Source: Setoptus koraiensis
Taxonomy: Eukaryota; Animalia; Arthropoda
NCBI GenBank assembly: GCA_048013815.1
Contig: CM106585.1
Span: 14,074,001 to 14,138,000 of the forward strand
DNA: 64,000 bases
Direction: 5' to 3'
This document shows, one piece after another, positions 41,786 to 56,248 of the stretch (positions are counted from its first letter, which is position 1; each line of letters opens with the position of its first letter). Below the pieces are notes generated by a model, which was not told the origin of the DNA, did no database searches, and was given only the letters and a program-made list of their open reading frames with translations. Position numbers and translations under genes: made by a program.

Positions 41786-42605
41786 CTAATTTCTTCTAGA
41801 AGTTCTCTCATAGATGTCACGATTTCTCGCTCTTAGCTCGTCGTAAGTAAGCGTAGTGGGCTGAGGCTGCTGATGAATGGGCGATGGTCGATTGGGATCT
41901 AACATGGCATCATCTGGTGCAAATTCACTTGCGACAGGGTCAGCCCAATTAGACAGGGTTGTCTCACCGCTTTTATTTAGATCATCGTTAACATCGGGGC
42001 TAGTATAACTAGTATAACTAGTCGTATAGCCTAGTCGTTCTGCGTTTCTCAGCTTGTTTACGAAAGCCGAATTTGATGGAGATTCCATAAGCCGACGTTG
42101 GCATTCCTTCAAGTAAGAGAATTTACCCGCTATGTAAGCAGCAAATATTATACCACCATATTTGAAGAAGCTGTGGGGTCGCTTCCTTTGTTCATTGTAA
42201 TAATAGTAGCAGGCAGAGCTGATCACAGCAAAAGGAATACCTATAAAGATGAAAGTTTAACGAACAGATAGTGAAGAATAATAAATTAGTAACATGTGAT
42301 ATTAACAGTAGACGTCAGAGCTAAACCCTGCGCTGCCACTCACATCTGTAAAAGAATGATTCCCTATTGAGTGTTTTCATCATCATTCTATCCTCTAGAC
42401 TTGGAGTTATAAATGCCACTTCCCTCTTGCCTTGAATGGGGGCATTTTGTTTATTCTGACGGCCATCGAATTGGCCTCCGTAATGATTGCTTTCTAGAGC
42501 AGGGGATCTGTTGTCGTCAAACTGAGGCGGTCGCTGATAATTGTTGTCTCCGTATTTGTCTCCGGACAACAGTTCATCCGTGCTTCGATTTCTAGCATTG
42601 TCCAT
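41786..42605 (-). CDS. OCIAD1: OCIA domain-containing protein 1 (asrij), 238 aa
   Basis: Exons 42605-42344 and 42240-41786. NRESFFYR|CIP, KYGGIIFAAYIAGKFSYLKECQRRL, and C-terminal TYDELRARNR typical of OCIAD1. Confidence 0.85.
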
Positions 42606-44478
42606 GCCGTTCGATTCGTTATGTCAACACGTTATCTGTCGTTTGTGGGAAGCCCAGACAGTAGAAACGTGAATTTGTGCCTTGTTTGTTGTTGAAAATG
42701 CACTATGAAGTCTATAATGACAGATACAGTTGAATCTGAAACAATATCTTCTCGACGAAAGAATATATCTCAAAAAGGTTCACGCGGACGCATGTTAGAG
42801 ATACGACAATAACAACAGGGAACGACAACAAGGTTGAAGGATCTTTAGCCAGCATTTGTGTGCGGAAAAATCCTGATCCTGTTATAAGGGCACAGAATGA
42901 GATGCTTCGGCTGCGCGGCGCACTGAAAATGAGAGTATGAAATTTTGTCGAAAAGCGCTCGATTCAACAAAGTTTCAATTGAAAGTTTCTGAAGTTTAAA
43001 ATATCCGATCACTAAAGTACAAGAATAAATTCGACATCCTTTAATTCTTACAATTACGATTCTGGGCATGCGCAAGGCCCAGAAAAGACCAGAATATTCC
43101 AGAAACGAAAAATAAAACGGGTAAATGGTTACCCGGGTTCGACTCAACTCGTCGAGATCTTCAAGAATAGACCCATTAGAAAAAAATCCGGGCGTTAAAG
43201 TCACCTAGGCTACCGTGTTAGGCAATTGGTATATTGAAATCGCATTTCACTTGCGGTCACCATATTTTTTCACAGCCATGTCTTGAGTAACAGGCGTCTT
43301 GCCCAATCGCCGCCATCTTGGTATGTTAATTGTTGGATATTTTCACTCACTCAGTAAAAGTGTTAAACGGAGAAGAGTCTATACTCAATCTGATAAGTAG
43401 ATCAGTGTCATGGATTTCAATTAGATAGAAAGTTGTCTCAGAGTAAGACGCGAAATTCGAGTCGCGAATGGTATCAGAGAAAAAGTTTGTATCATAACTG
43501 AGATAAGACAATGCTCGCTCACAAGTATTCCCAAGCGCGCCAAAACTATCCTAGTAACATGAACGCAGACAACCTCTTGGCAGAGAAGTAAACTAGGACC
43601 GATCTTTCTTGTGTTGGATATCCGATTTAAGATCATTTCAGACATGCTTACTATTATGACTGTTGCCAATTTTCAACCGGTGCCCGAGTACTCCATCAAA
43701 TATAACTCGCTATGACACCAAATAGTAACAATATTTACAACTGTATTGTAAATATATACCTAGTAGTTGTTCTGTCGAATCATGGCGCCATGTGGTTATT
43801 ACATCGACGAAGAACCACTGTACATCCGGGCTACAACAATGTAGTGATTGATATAATTCTTATTTCTTTATTTGGTCGATAATGTACGCGCTAGAATAGT
43901 TTCTTGGGTATTATCTTATCTATCGGTATCTTTTTTGTGCTATATTCCTTACATGATACACTAGTTACTTTCTCTTGTTGGTACCTAAAAGCATTTGGAA
44001 ATTCTTGACACAAAATCAATTCAGTGATGGTATGAAAACTAGAATCAAGCTTACAGATAGTGTTCCCACAAATAACTAAACCATACAAGTTCGCAAATGT
44101 CTCAAGTTTCAAGATCAAATAACTAATGATGAATGTTCTGAGCATAGAAAATTAGATAGTTGTGACGAAACCCGACAATCGCTATTAATCAACCCCATTT
44201 TTATTTCACTTGAGCTAATAAGAGTTTCATTCGTTAAATAGGCCAACAATCTAGTTAGTTACAATAGCTGTCACTCGACTAGATTTTTAGGAGTTTCTTT
44301 TTTATTAGGGATTATTACATCGGTGGTCATAATCGATTGGTTTGCTTTTGTTCATATTTGATATACGGTCGATAACAGTTGTCTCAAGATGATAACAGGT
44401 TCAAAATATCATCAATTATTATTTGATTAGTCGGATTTTCATAGTTTACAATCGATAAAAAAAATGGGCGAAAACAAT

Positions 44479-47400
44479 TTATACTGTCGTTGATGTAGGA
44501 TTAACCAAAGGCTTATTTATCTTCCCACTGATCATAACTTCATGCTCATCCGTATCGTTGATGTCGAGGTTAACATCCACATCAGAACTCTTTCTCAGTT
44601 GATCGCTAGATTGCTTCGTTCGATCAAAGTTATTTGTTATGGGGGCGTCATTTTCTAACTTTCTCTTGAATGATTTGTTGTTGATTGGATTTGAGTGGAA
44701 CCCATTTTTCGGGGCTGACTTATTGTTAGGTTCGTACTCTTTCTTGTAGGATGTAAAACAGAATCTGAGATAATGTTTCTTGAATAATAATATCAGTAAA
44801 GATAATATAAGTAGCACAGACACTATTATGATAATTAGTACAATCCAGAAATTATCACCATCGGAACCCTTGAGATCGTCAAATACATCTTTGAATAAAT
44901 TAGAGCCATTTTCAGATTTTTCGGATAGACCGTCCCTTGAACCAAATTTGTAACATTTCGCTGTTGTCAAGTCAAAATGATCAGCAAGACACATGCATAA
45001 ATTATCTTGACAGATGTGGAATTCAGATTCACACTCGTTGGAGTTAAGGCATTTCTTGGGTAGGCATTGACCACTAGAATCGGCGTATCCATTAGCACAT
45101 AAGCAACCGAATCTATCCATGGAACAGTATGCGTTTGCCGGACATTGGACATCGACACTACAAGTTTCATTAAGTTTTTCTGGTAATAAGAATTAGATTA
45201 AATTAAATGGGGATTCGATTAGTTCAGGTACTATTATTATCGCTGTGGTTCTATGATTTGCATAAGTATTTGTTTATGATGCAGTCGAGTCAGGCCGATT
45301 GTGGCCAGTGTTAATCGATTATAATCCATTCGGTCTCTTCGGGGATATTTTTGCATCTAACTGGGATTATCAATCATTGGCGAATGTCCCATCTTGGAAG
45401 ACTAGTACTTACTTCTTTCATGGCAATAATCAATGCGTGCGGAGGGATTAAAAACTTTTATTCCATCACCACAAGAACATAGGCCCTCCAGGCATAAAGA
45501 TTGAGCAAGACATTGTTCGGTTATGGAGCAAGTTTCTCCAATATTTTTGACTGTTTGGTTGTGGTGGTAGTCATGAGTTAGTAGATCAGGGAGTCAAGAC
45601 AGTTTAGTTGATCGTTAGACCATAAATGGTGTCGATAGCCGCAAGCATCGGTAGTTAAATGTGTTGATGGTGGTTGTAGAATGAACATGATAATATAAGT
45701 GTTAATTTAATGGGACACACAGACCACCATCGTATTAGATCAGGTAATTTAGTTGCACAAGCATATATAAATTTTCCGATGGAGCAGCCAATGAGGTGAA
45801 AAATTTCATAGGTCGGTCAAATATGTCAGAGAGCATCAATAAAATAGCATGATGTAAGTTTGATGAAACAAGGCGCAACAAAAAGGTTGGCGGTAATAGA
45901 TTTCGGTCAAGTCGGTCGTTTGAGTATTTAATTTGATGGCGATAAGCGTTAATTTTTGTTCAAACCAAATTATACGTCCGTGTTTCCCAGGTAAGGTAGA
46001 TTATTTCAATTGTTTCGTGGGCGTACACGATATTGTTTTAATGAGAGAATCAATTCGATATTGGTGTTAGTTAATATGAACCATTATTTAAAAAGAGTGT
46101 TGTTTTTCAATAGATAAGTAAGATTAGAAAAGGTGATATGAGATTCAGTCAAAGATGAGCTCCTAATAAAAAGATCAAACAAATTGTGAATTTATTAATT
46201 AAGTTAGACGGAGCATGTCGTTTTACCGAGAATCAAGTTTCATAACGATCATTACACAACAAGTCTCATGATTTCAACTCGCGGAATCATCAAAGTTGTA
46301 GTGCTAGTCGAGGTCATTCTGCCGCAATGATAAAAACCTGTCACATCATCTAATGAAGTAGTAGATTTCAAGATAAATTTGATCAATTCTATCCTCGTTC
46401 ATGACACTCGAAATGAAGTAGCATAAATTAATAAACTACCAAGTAAGCTTTGGCGCTCATGATGAACCCTGCAAGAATAATGATCTACTTGAAACGGTAA
46501 GAGTCTAGATATTCGAATGTTGGAATAGATTTGGGGTTACACTGAAAAGTGTTGCCTCGTCTCTAAACCTGATGATCGTGATGACTCAGCCAGTTGATTA
46601 TCAACTAATCAGCGGCATTTGTTTTGTCGCCTGCTTCTATTCTCACTTACTGTTGTTACTTATAAAGTCTATGCATGGGAACTTTACTGACACGACGACA
46701 AAGATGCTCTCAATCAAATCTTGGAGCCATACTAGTGTCTAATAAGTATGGTATATGTCATAAACCGATAACAACAATACGCTAAAGACTGTCTCATGTA
46801 GTTAGCTCGTCAGCTTGAAGGGCAACAACCGGTCAAATGAGTCGTGATATATTAAAGTGCTCTTGCTTTGTTTCGCTCGACAAGATCTCTCGATCTATCA
46901 TTCTTGCACCGGCTACTCGAATCTGCTGCTTGATAAAGCAATGAGCCCGACAAAATAGAACGCACTCAATCTTCTAGATAAGTAACTAATTTGACGACGA
47001 CAGCAAACTGACAGTCAACAAACGACCGCATCAAAGCGAGCAGCTTCAAGGCGCCGGTGTATTCATTGAAAATCGATTAAAGGGCATCATGTTACAATAG
47101 GAATCTAGCTTATCCATGATGCTTATCTAAACATAAAGAGGATGGGTGTAGGAATCGATTTTGCTTTACTTACCTCCAAGGCACTTGTTATTGACTGTAT
47201 CCTCTACTGGCTTATCTCTTTTGCAGATGCATTTTTCCTGATGACAGATCTTGTCTGGATCTCCACAATCTGAACTGGAACTACATTCTAGAGCATCTGC
47301 AGTTTGTTTTATTTTTTAATTTACGGTTGTTTGTATTTGAGTGTCGGCGTTCGAATTTCGATATCAATCATCATCATTGTTGAAGGGAAATTTTGAAAGA

Positions 47401-48380
47401 TAATAAATTTGTTAGTTCTGAATATAGGGAGAGCATAAAATAAACACACAAGAAAGCAATTGTTGAAACAACATGGTAAGGTCCCAACTGATATTTCTTG
47501 CAATTTTACTGTTTATTCAAGCATAATACGATAATAATGCTAATTTAGACTCATGAGCCATATATCACCTAGGCAGTTTAGGGTTTATGGCGGCGGTCTG
47601 GTCAAGCAGACATGTCATTAATAGCTGTCTACAGTATCACGGACTGTATCTAAGTCGAGGCTATTTACAAAAGAGAGTAATAATAATAGACAGCATCAGC
47701 AATCAATTTTGCCGATGGTTGTTTATGTTTAAGTTTCCACCCTTCTAATGGAGCTTTTAGGAACGAATCTACAAACTAGCCTAGCTAGATGAATGTATAC
47801 CTAAACTCTTGTTTGTCTTGTTTGGCCTGGAACAGTCTAATTGTTGATGGTTAAGCCTATTGTTATCATAATACTATCAATACTTACTTGAGCCAAATCT
47901 TGCGCTGACTTGTAAGGCGCGCACGGTTGGCCAGTCACTAATGCCGATGATGGATATTAAGAATATTGAGAATATCACTAAGGGAGTCGTGTTGAACCAA
48001 CACCTAGATTTGTTCATTACCATCTTGGTTGTATGTTGATTTTGTACATGTGTTTTTGTGTTAATAGCTGGCGCGTAAGTTCTACTGTTGATTAATGTTG
48101 AACATTGTTCTGTTGTCATGTCATGCATTGTTTGATGATGTTGTTGCTGACGCAATAGTTTTGAGATTTCTTGTGTATTCGGATGAGTTGTGGGTGTCTG
48201 GTAAGGATGTGTTTGTTTTTTGTCTTTCGTTTCGTTTAGTGTGACGAGAGTCTTCAATAGAAGCTTCTCATACATTTCTCTTTTATGGTGTCTTGGTAGT
48301 TGATGATCTGGTGAAAACTGCGAACTAGGAACGTAAAATTGATTTTTTTCACTTAATACAAACGGATCAGATGAACTCAT
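44479..48380 (-). CDS. Cysteine-rich EB-module/EGF-like single-pass membrane protein, ~484 aa
   Basis: Exons 48380-47888, 47296-47174, 45550-45413, 45179-44479; all junctions are phase 1 and the total length is divisible by 3. Four Cys modules (ECSSSSDC...CHQEKCIC; GETCSITEQCLAQSLCLEGLCSC; NETCSVDVQCPANAYC...CLC; CLNSNEC..EFHICQDNLCMC) and TM FWIVLIIIIVSVLLILSLLILLF. Confidence 0.8.
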
Positions 48381-51300
48381 GATAAAATAGGCGAATAGTG
48401 TTGTAATAAAACGCGTGAGTGATTGGTAAATGTCATGAATTCGAGTGATACCGTGTAGCTGTAAATGTAAGGCGTTGAGGGGGCAGTTTTAACAGTGATT
48501 TATAGCAGGCACTTGTCAACAATAATAATTAGTTAATTAGTTGTGCAGTTGGCCAACCATTTGCATCATTTGTCGCATATATTTTTTTTCGTTCCTTTCG
48601 TTTGCCTTTTCCGTTTCGTCACGTCTCGTCTAGTTTTGCTGACAAATGGATTGATGATGGGTAAACTAGCTATGAAATGGGTCCTAACACGTTTGGCGTG
48701 TGCGACGTACTGTACGTTGACGAGTGGTGTGTGTGTGTGTGTCGTAAGCAGTGACACAGTAAACAGAAGATAAGATGGTGATTGATTGAATTGTGTCGGA
48801 TACAATACTAATTAATAGGTGCAACAATTGATTAAAATGAACAAATGTGTAACAAACGTAAACTAGTGGATGTGATATAATATAATAATATTATATATGA
48901 TAGTAGTAACGTGCACATAAATGGTATTCTTCAAGGTTGTGGTGGATGTTGTTGTTGTTGTTGTCGTTGTCGTGGTAATCATGCGTGTGTTCGGCGCACG
49001 TATAGCTAATGCACTGGCGCTGGCACAAGAACGATAATCTACTGGCGGCTCAACTGGCGCATCGGCTCGTGATGCTCAGTATACGGCGAATTGTGTGCGT
49101 TGTGAGTCGTAGAATATTTGCGCATACACAAGATGAAGAATATAGAAGGATCGAATCGAATCGAATTTTATCGAACTACTAGGCTGCAGTGTGTTATTGG
49201 ATGGTATCGCAAAACCAAATTGGATTGCGTTCGTCCAGAAAACCACCATCTACTTACACCATGTATCCCCACACACACTTTTATTCTACTGCGCATAAGG
49301 AACTCAGATCGGGCAAAACATGGTTTGCGGCGAGCATTGGAACGCTTTCCATGCCACCAGTAGTGAGTGCTCACATTATATTCTATGGCAGAACAGGCAG
49401 AACTGGCAGAATAATTCCACCATTATGCACTCAAGGCACAGGCTGCAACTTGCAACTGTCTGAACTGTGGTATGTCCCTGACTCGGCCCCCTTTTCCATC
49501 CCCGAATGTTCAAGGTGGCCCCCTTGTTAGTGGTGTGTGCAACGACAACAACAAGAGCGGCACATTGTGAGCGCAAACACACACACGGCTTACCATGAAT
49601 AAAGGCGCCAGCGCCGACTTAGAGCAGCGTGACTCATTCTAAAGTCGCGTCTTTAGCCGTTCCACAGTTACGACTGGCTGTCGGCCGACTCAACCACGGC
49701 ACATGCATAATACATGATGGCGCTTCCAGTGGTGCAAGCACATTTGTAGTAGAGGTCGCTTCTGAGATGGCGCGGCAACGCGCATCCCAGCTAAGCACAA
49801 CATAACATCCCGATGGGTCGTTAAGTGAAATCAGACCACATGCATATTTAAGAATATTTTGCTCGACACACTGCTGCGCTCACTTGCCGAATCGCAGCGC
49901 CCCAAGCGTGGACCGACTGAAGTGCAGCACAAGTTTAAAAGAAAGTGTCACAGTGAGACGCCAGAACAGACTCAATGGGCAACTCTCTTTATCAGCTCAA
50001 CTTTATCACCCAGTTAGTCAGACCGCTGCGCTCATAATCTGTAAACGCCTTCTTTTGTGTTCTCTGCCTACTTGTTCGATTCTCTGACTCAACTGGTATC
50101 GTGTGGTGTGTGCGCTGCAATTTCCACGAACGCCAACATCAGCATCACGCCGATGGCATCGCGGCCATTTGATGGCAATATAAATTATATATTAAATATA
50201 AGTTTTCGAATAGATTTAATCTATAGACTCCTCAGTATAGAGAGAGAGAGAGAGAGGGAAAATGATGATACGATTCCTGAGTCGCCAGCGAACGCCGCAG
50301 CGAAACAGCTAGTGAGAGTGAACGTGCCACAACAACGTTGCCACACAACACAACCGGCCGGCCGGCACGAACGGAACACGAAGCAAGCCAAGTTACGAGG
50401 ACCAAAGAACTAACGAACGAGCAAATAGAGACAGATAGAGATAAGAGCGAAAAGTTTATTTTATCACTATTATTATTATTGCTTTTACCTGCTTCCATAG
50501 GCATCCTTTGATGGCGCGCTCACCTGGCCAAGTAAACAAACGCACAATTGTGGTTACAGATGCTCGTCGGCATCGCCATCACCACACGGCTGGATATACG
50601 CGTCGTCGTTGCAACAAGCGTGCCGATCTCTTGAAATATAGCTACAGCTAGACGCGAGTAACTAAATATAAAAGTGATACTGAACGGCCTCCATTCAATT
50701 TTCAATTGGTTCCAGTTCTGATTGGTATTGTCTATCGCTGAAAATCGCTTCGCCAGGCCGTACAGTATGTGGCGAGATGGGACCTACATATATCATGATT
50801 ATGTTGCCAACTGCTGCAAGAGCCAACTAGCGAGCGGCCAATGTGTCTCGTCGTCGTCGTCGAGGCTATTCGCCAATACATCGCCGCATCCAACAAACAC
50901 ACCGCAGCAAACAACACCGACAACAACATCAGCCAAGCTAGACGCGGCGTACAGGAGTAATCTAGTGATAATCTACTGCAGATAGTGGGCTGCAGATGTT
51001 ATTGTTTGACGTACGTGGGCACATTGATAATTAAATCCAGTTGTACTCAGTAAGCTGCTGTTGCAGTATAATCGGAGTGAATATTCTGCTGATTACTACT
51101 GACAGTGATAATAATAACAACAACAGCGATTATTATTTGTAATAATATAGTGGGTGGAGTGTTAGTTTTGAGGCACAAGAGACGGAATGCGCAACTCGTG
51201 GTTCATCATCATTGTTGTTGTTTGTAATTATCAGCCATCAGCCTATTTGGCTCATTATCGGGCAGCAATTAAACTTGTTTGTATACTTGTGTACAAGCTT

Positions 51301-54124
51301 GCGTGCCAATTTCTCGACCGGCTTCTTCTCACACGAGTCACTCTATACTGTGGCTGGCTCTAAAACAAAACTCGTGAGAGTTGCTCTAATTGAAACCTTC
51401 TGGCCCTATCTGCTCTCAATAAACTCAATAGACGCTAACGAGCCAGAGAGCTAACCATCAGCCGTCATTATCGTCATCAGCAATAGGCAAGCAGCAAAGG
51501 GAGAGAGTCCTTTGTCGGCATCGTCGATAAACTAATTATACCCGTAGTGACTATTCCATTAGCGCATACTTTATATCATCATATGATGTTTTTATTTATT
51601 ATATTCACGAACACCGACACACAATGTTGGTGTATAGAAGAGTGACATTACAATGTTCAATCTTGTCAGCTCGGCGCACTAACATAGCCCAGATCTTGAT
51701 TGTCTCACATCTCACACAACTTTCGCTCCCAACTTTGTCAAATTAAAATCATTATCGCTACACTCTTATCGCCTTTAAAACTGCCGTTGCCGCCACACCG
51801 ATCATAGCAACAACAGCAGCAACAACGGCGGCAACAGCAGCAACGACAGCAACAACAACAGCGGCATCAGCAGCATCATCTGTCAGCGTCGGTGGAGATA
51901 AGAAAGGCGGAGGCGTATCAATAATTCATTCACTTGACAAAACAGACGTTTACAAGGCTAGCCTGGCAGCGGCGACAACACTGTCAGACATCAAATATAC
52001 GAAACAGCCACCAGCAATACTATGATAATGCGATAATACTCGGCTGATGTGTGGATATATGGATACATGGGCGCCGTATGAATATGTGGATATGCCATAT
52101 GATACGACGCCACAACAGCGACAACAACACTGTTGCTACTCCACTTATGAACCATGCCAAATGGTACACGTTACTATTGTTGTTGTTATTATTACTATTA
52201 CTATTTAAATAATTCCAACCGTATCAAAGTTGTACCATCAGGCAACACAGTAAACAATAGATTTACTTGAGCTCGGGCTCACGATTGTGATTGTGACTGC
52301 GAGATCTCCATTTGCAAGCTACCAACGAGCGTTAGTGTGTCGCCGAGTCGGTCTAAATAGTCAGAGCACTGACACACATGGGCAAAGCTCCGTTATTATT
52401 AGCACCGATTCCGAGCTGACTCGCCATTGTTGTCCAATGTGTACTATCGTGTGTGTTTGCATCGTGTTGTTACGCAATGGTTGGCCTGTAGCAACACGAT
52501 TGCAATGAATTAAAGTTGCTGTCATTATTGCATTGTTAGCGCAGGCAAAATAGATAGACAGTTGAGCTCTCAATCCATCAAAACACTCACCTTGTTTGCT
52601 GTTGGACATAGGCCACTCAGTTGGAGATGGATGGCTCGCACAATCGGACGTCGGATTTCGACGAGAGAAACGAGCAAACGAGGCAAGCGAACAAGTGTCC
52701 GACAAGACAGATATGTATCACATAATGGGCATTACATTGTTGCTGTTTTGGCTGTTTGCTTGTTGGCAGCGGTGGTCAATTTAACATGGGCCAAACATTC
52801 GAGGCGAATCATCCAAGCGAATCAAAGCGATCGATGCGGCCACCACCGCTTGACTGGAATGGTCAGCTTGGGCCACTTCCTTGCAACAGAATTGTAGTTT
52901 GTATTTGGCACGAAGTTGCTCTGAAACACTCTCTCTCCAAATACAAACCAGGCTCTTGCAGGTTAATGGCATGAGCAATTTGCATAAACATGTAACATGG
53001 TATTGTGTTTGCATGTCGTGTTTGAACACCCACCAGGATGAACAACAACAACAACGACAACAACAACAACGACAACAATATCGGCCGCGCTAGAGTAGTA
53101 GTTAAAAGTCAATAGCGGTTGTGTGCAAGGTTATGGTCGAAGCCCTTCTGTCCCTAATTGAGTTTGCATGATTGACTGTTGCCTGGTGCCAGCAGAGAAG
53201 GAGGAGAAGAAAAAAGTCGCTTTCTCTGTTGTTGTATGTTCGCAAACAAACAGAAAGAGAAACGGAAAACGCAGTTCGCACAAGCTCGCTACGCCGACAC
53301 ATTTAGCCGACATTTTTTTGGCTTGCGTATTTATATTTAACAAATCTGCTAGCACTTTCTAGCGAGTAAGCGACCAAGCGAAAAATACAAAAATATTAAA
53401 ATGTAGATATTAGTGATATATTAATAGTGTAAAGTGGTTAACATTAATAGCAAATTACAGTGAAGAGAAAGAAAGAAAGAACGAACGAACGAACGAAAAA
53501 GGAACATATCTCAATCATGATGATGATAATCGCGCGCTACAGCCAAGTTTACATGTCAGTGTTTGCTCAAGTCTGCCGGGGATAATTCATTCACTCACGT
53601 TGAGCTTGTGGTGTGAGTCAAGTGCTGCCATAGTTAGTCATTGAAAATAGTTGCTGCCTGTAATAGCAACTGCTGGCTTGCACTTAAGTGTTACATAACA
53701 TGATGATGTTCTCATCATCAGTCAGTCATCATCAGTGTTATAACCTCTAACTCTCTCTCTCTCTCTAACTCACTCATTCTATCTTTTATTTAATGTAGCT
53801 AGATGGTTGGTTCACAGCAGCAGCGGCAGCAGCAACTGTGGCCAGACGCAGCAATAGCAACTTTCCCAGAATGAGTCAAACAACTAGACAGAATCTATTT
53901 GATCATGATTGTCAATTGCACACACACACACACCAATGACTCCAGTCGTTGGAGCGGCTCACAGGCGAGCGCGAACTCGAAACGAATGACTTAATGATAG
54001 ATGGATAGATAGACAGACAGACGGACGGATATTATTGTAGAGATGATATGTTATCATCGCCAGAATCAAAATAAAAGGCTACTATTTATCTAGGCGAGGT
54101 GCAGTGGCAGTTGTCGTTGTCAGT

Positions 54125-54139
54125 CACACACGCACACAC

Positions 54140-54186
<47 letters not shown>
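54125..54186. repeat. (CA)n microsatellite
   Basis: ~30 CA units with two CG interruptions. Confidence 0.95.
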
Positions 54187-54187
<1 letters not shown>

Positions 54188-56174
54188 GGTAACGTAGGTC
54201 GTTTGTTCTTTTCTTTCTCCAATTGCAAGTCAATTCACCTTGGAAAAGGACGCACTTACTGGAGCATGGCCGGCGCGGCCTCTATATTGCCCTGGCCGCA
54301 GCCGGCGCTGTCAGTTGCGTGCCAGCGCCCATTATCATGCAACACCACTCATTGCATCATTTAGCTTGCCAGCTTGCTGAGTGAATTATATCAACAGCGG
54401 CAACAACAACAACAACAGCAACGACAACATTGCGCATGTTGGGCCCGCTTGGTCAGCCATGTTGTGCCAGCGAATTGAGCCACATAATTGCCCATGGCCG
54501 AGCAACAATTACAAGTACTGGATTGTTTTTTGTGTTGCGTTGTGTTTGTGTTTACGGGCTGCATGTCGGCCTGTCAGTTGCCCAACTGACAGTTATGGAT
54601 GGTTGTTTCCTCTGGCCGTTTGTTTTAGTTAGTTGCGCAACGGCAAGCATTGTTGGCAGTGTGCAAGGCGGCGAAATGTTGCCGCCAGCACGCGCCCTAT
54701 CAAACAAATTCACTCACCAACACTAATGCGCTCACCTGAACTGTGCCGAAAATTGTGTAGCCCAGAGACGAGTGGACACAATTAATAGATTTGAATGAAC
54801 GCACTAGCTACAAGATTAACGCCGGCCAACTAACGAGTTGCGTTGGCGTCGGCCCGTCGGCTCGTCGGCTCGTCGGCCCGTCACCATAGCCGGCCGACTG
54901 GCCGTGCACTGGCCGGCTTACACCTGTCCGCCAACAGCGTTACGTCCGCTAATGCCGCCATTTGGTTTGCCCGCACCGGTGGCGCCTGTTTGCTGCGTTA
55001 TAAGTTATTGCATCATACGGCGTCTAGTAAAAAAAAAAAGTTGCACACACCTTGCAAACATGTACCGCCAACATGTATCATACGTAAACGATCACAGGTA
55101 ACGGCGAGCGCAACCTGTGCCTGTGTGCGTTACGTAACTCGGGTAACGCAAGCGACCGGAATGCCGGTGTCGTGTTGCAAGCCGTTTGGGCGCCGATGGG
55201 CCGAACAGCCGGCAGCAGTTTGTCATGCTGGCACATGCCTGACACACGGCAGCAACCGCAACAAGCCGGCGCCAAACTGTCGCCGGACTCGGCCGATAGG
55301 TTGACATTCTGAGCGCCCAACCGGCAACCTGTAAACTCGTCCAGCGTCCGGCGTCCGGCGAGAGGGCGCGAACAAGCGGCCCAATGTGTGACAGTAATGA
55401 AAGGCTCGCTGATTGGGACAGCGGTTGCGTCATCGCTAGTGGCAACTGGCCAGCCATTGTCGCGCCAATTGGCCGATTGTGCGAGCGAGGGGTTCAAAGT
55501 CAGCTGACCAAAGCCATTACAGCGTCCAGATCGCAGCATGTGGTCCTGTTGCTATTGACCGATTGGCGAGCCAGCCGACGACAGACAGAAGGAGAGCATG
55601 TGATGAGAGCGGCGTATTGTTGTTGCTTCTCTCGCTCTATCGGAACTCGCAACTCGTTTCTCTGCTCTCTATTATTCGGCCAGCCAAACACTTGCGAGTT
55701 TTGAGTTGTGAGGGGCAAACAGGCGCACAATTCTCACAGAATGCGCCACTTTGCTGGCCTGTCCCGGTGTGCACTTGAGCGTGAGTCCAATCAATTCCAG
55801 CCACCAAACACAAAATTTACAATTTGCAAGCCAATTGAAATTGTCCAATTGTAACAACCCCTGACGCAACTGGCCACTTGTCGGCCTGGCCGGCTCAAGC
55901 AGCGCACCTTGCGCCACATAATTACATCACCGAGCGCCACCTATTGGGTCGCTCTTATCGGTGTGTTTATATATTAGTGGCGCCAAGTAACAACAGCAAC
56001 CACAACTGTTGTGGCACAACAACCGCTCCACTGCCAGCTCGTCGCCTAACAGCGCCAGTGGCCGTTGTGGCGGACTAAAGGAGACCATCAAACTCATGTA
56101 AAGTCAGCCGGCTCGGCTAATTCATGCCAATTCGCAGATTAAAACAAACAACACCATTTTTTGCGCCAGTGGCT

Positions 56175-56248
56175 GTCGTTGTTGTCGTTGTTGCTGTTGC
56201 CGTTGTTGCTGTTGCCGTTGTTGCCGTTGTTGCCGTGGTCGTTGCCGG
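56175..56248. repeat. (GTT/GCC/GCT)n compound trinucleotide repeat
   Basis: gttgttgtcgttgttgctgttgccgttgttgctgttgccg... array. Confidence 0.8.

Noticed and set aside
43048-43160. RFWACARPRKDQ resembling a GRF zinc finger
   Set aside because: Upstream stop, no start or acceptor, and the following Cys/FFxW is missing.
43731-43755. 10-bp AT-rich hairpin
   Set aside because: Short and low in complexity; expected by chance.
45395-45406. TGGAAGACTAGT, 12-nt match to the miR-7 5' end
   Set aside because: The rest of the mature sequence does not match, there is no hairpin, and it sits at an intron donor.
49189-49530. ORF containing GRTGRTGR (helicase motif VI-like)
   Set aside because: Produced by a short tandem ggcagaac repeat; no other helicase motifs.
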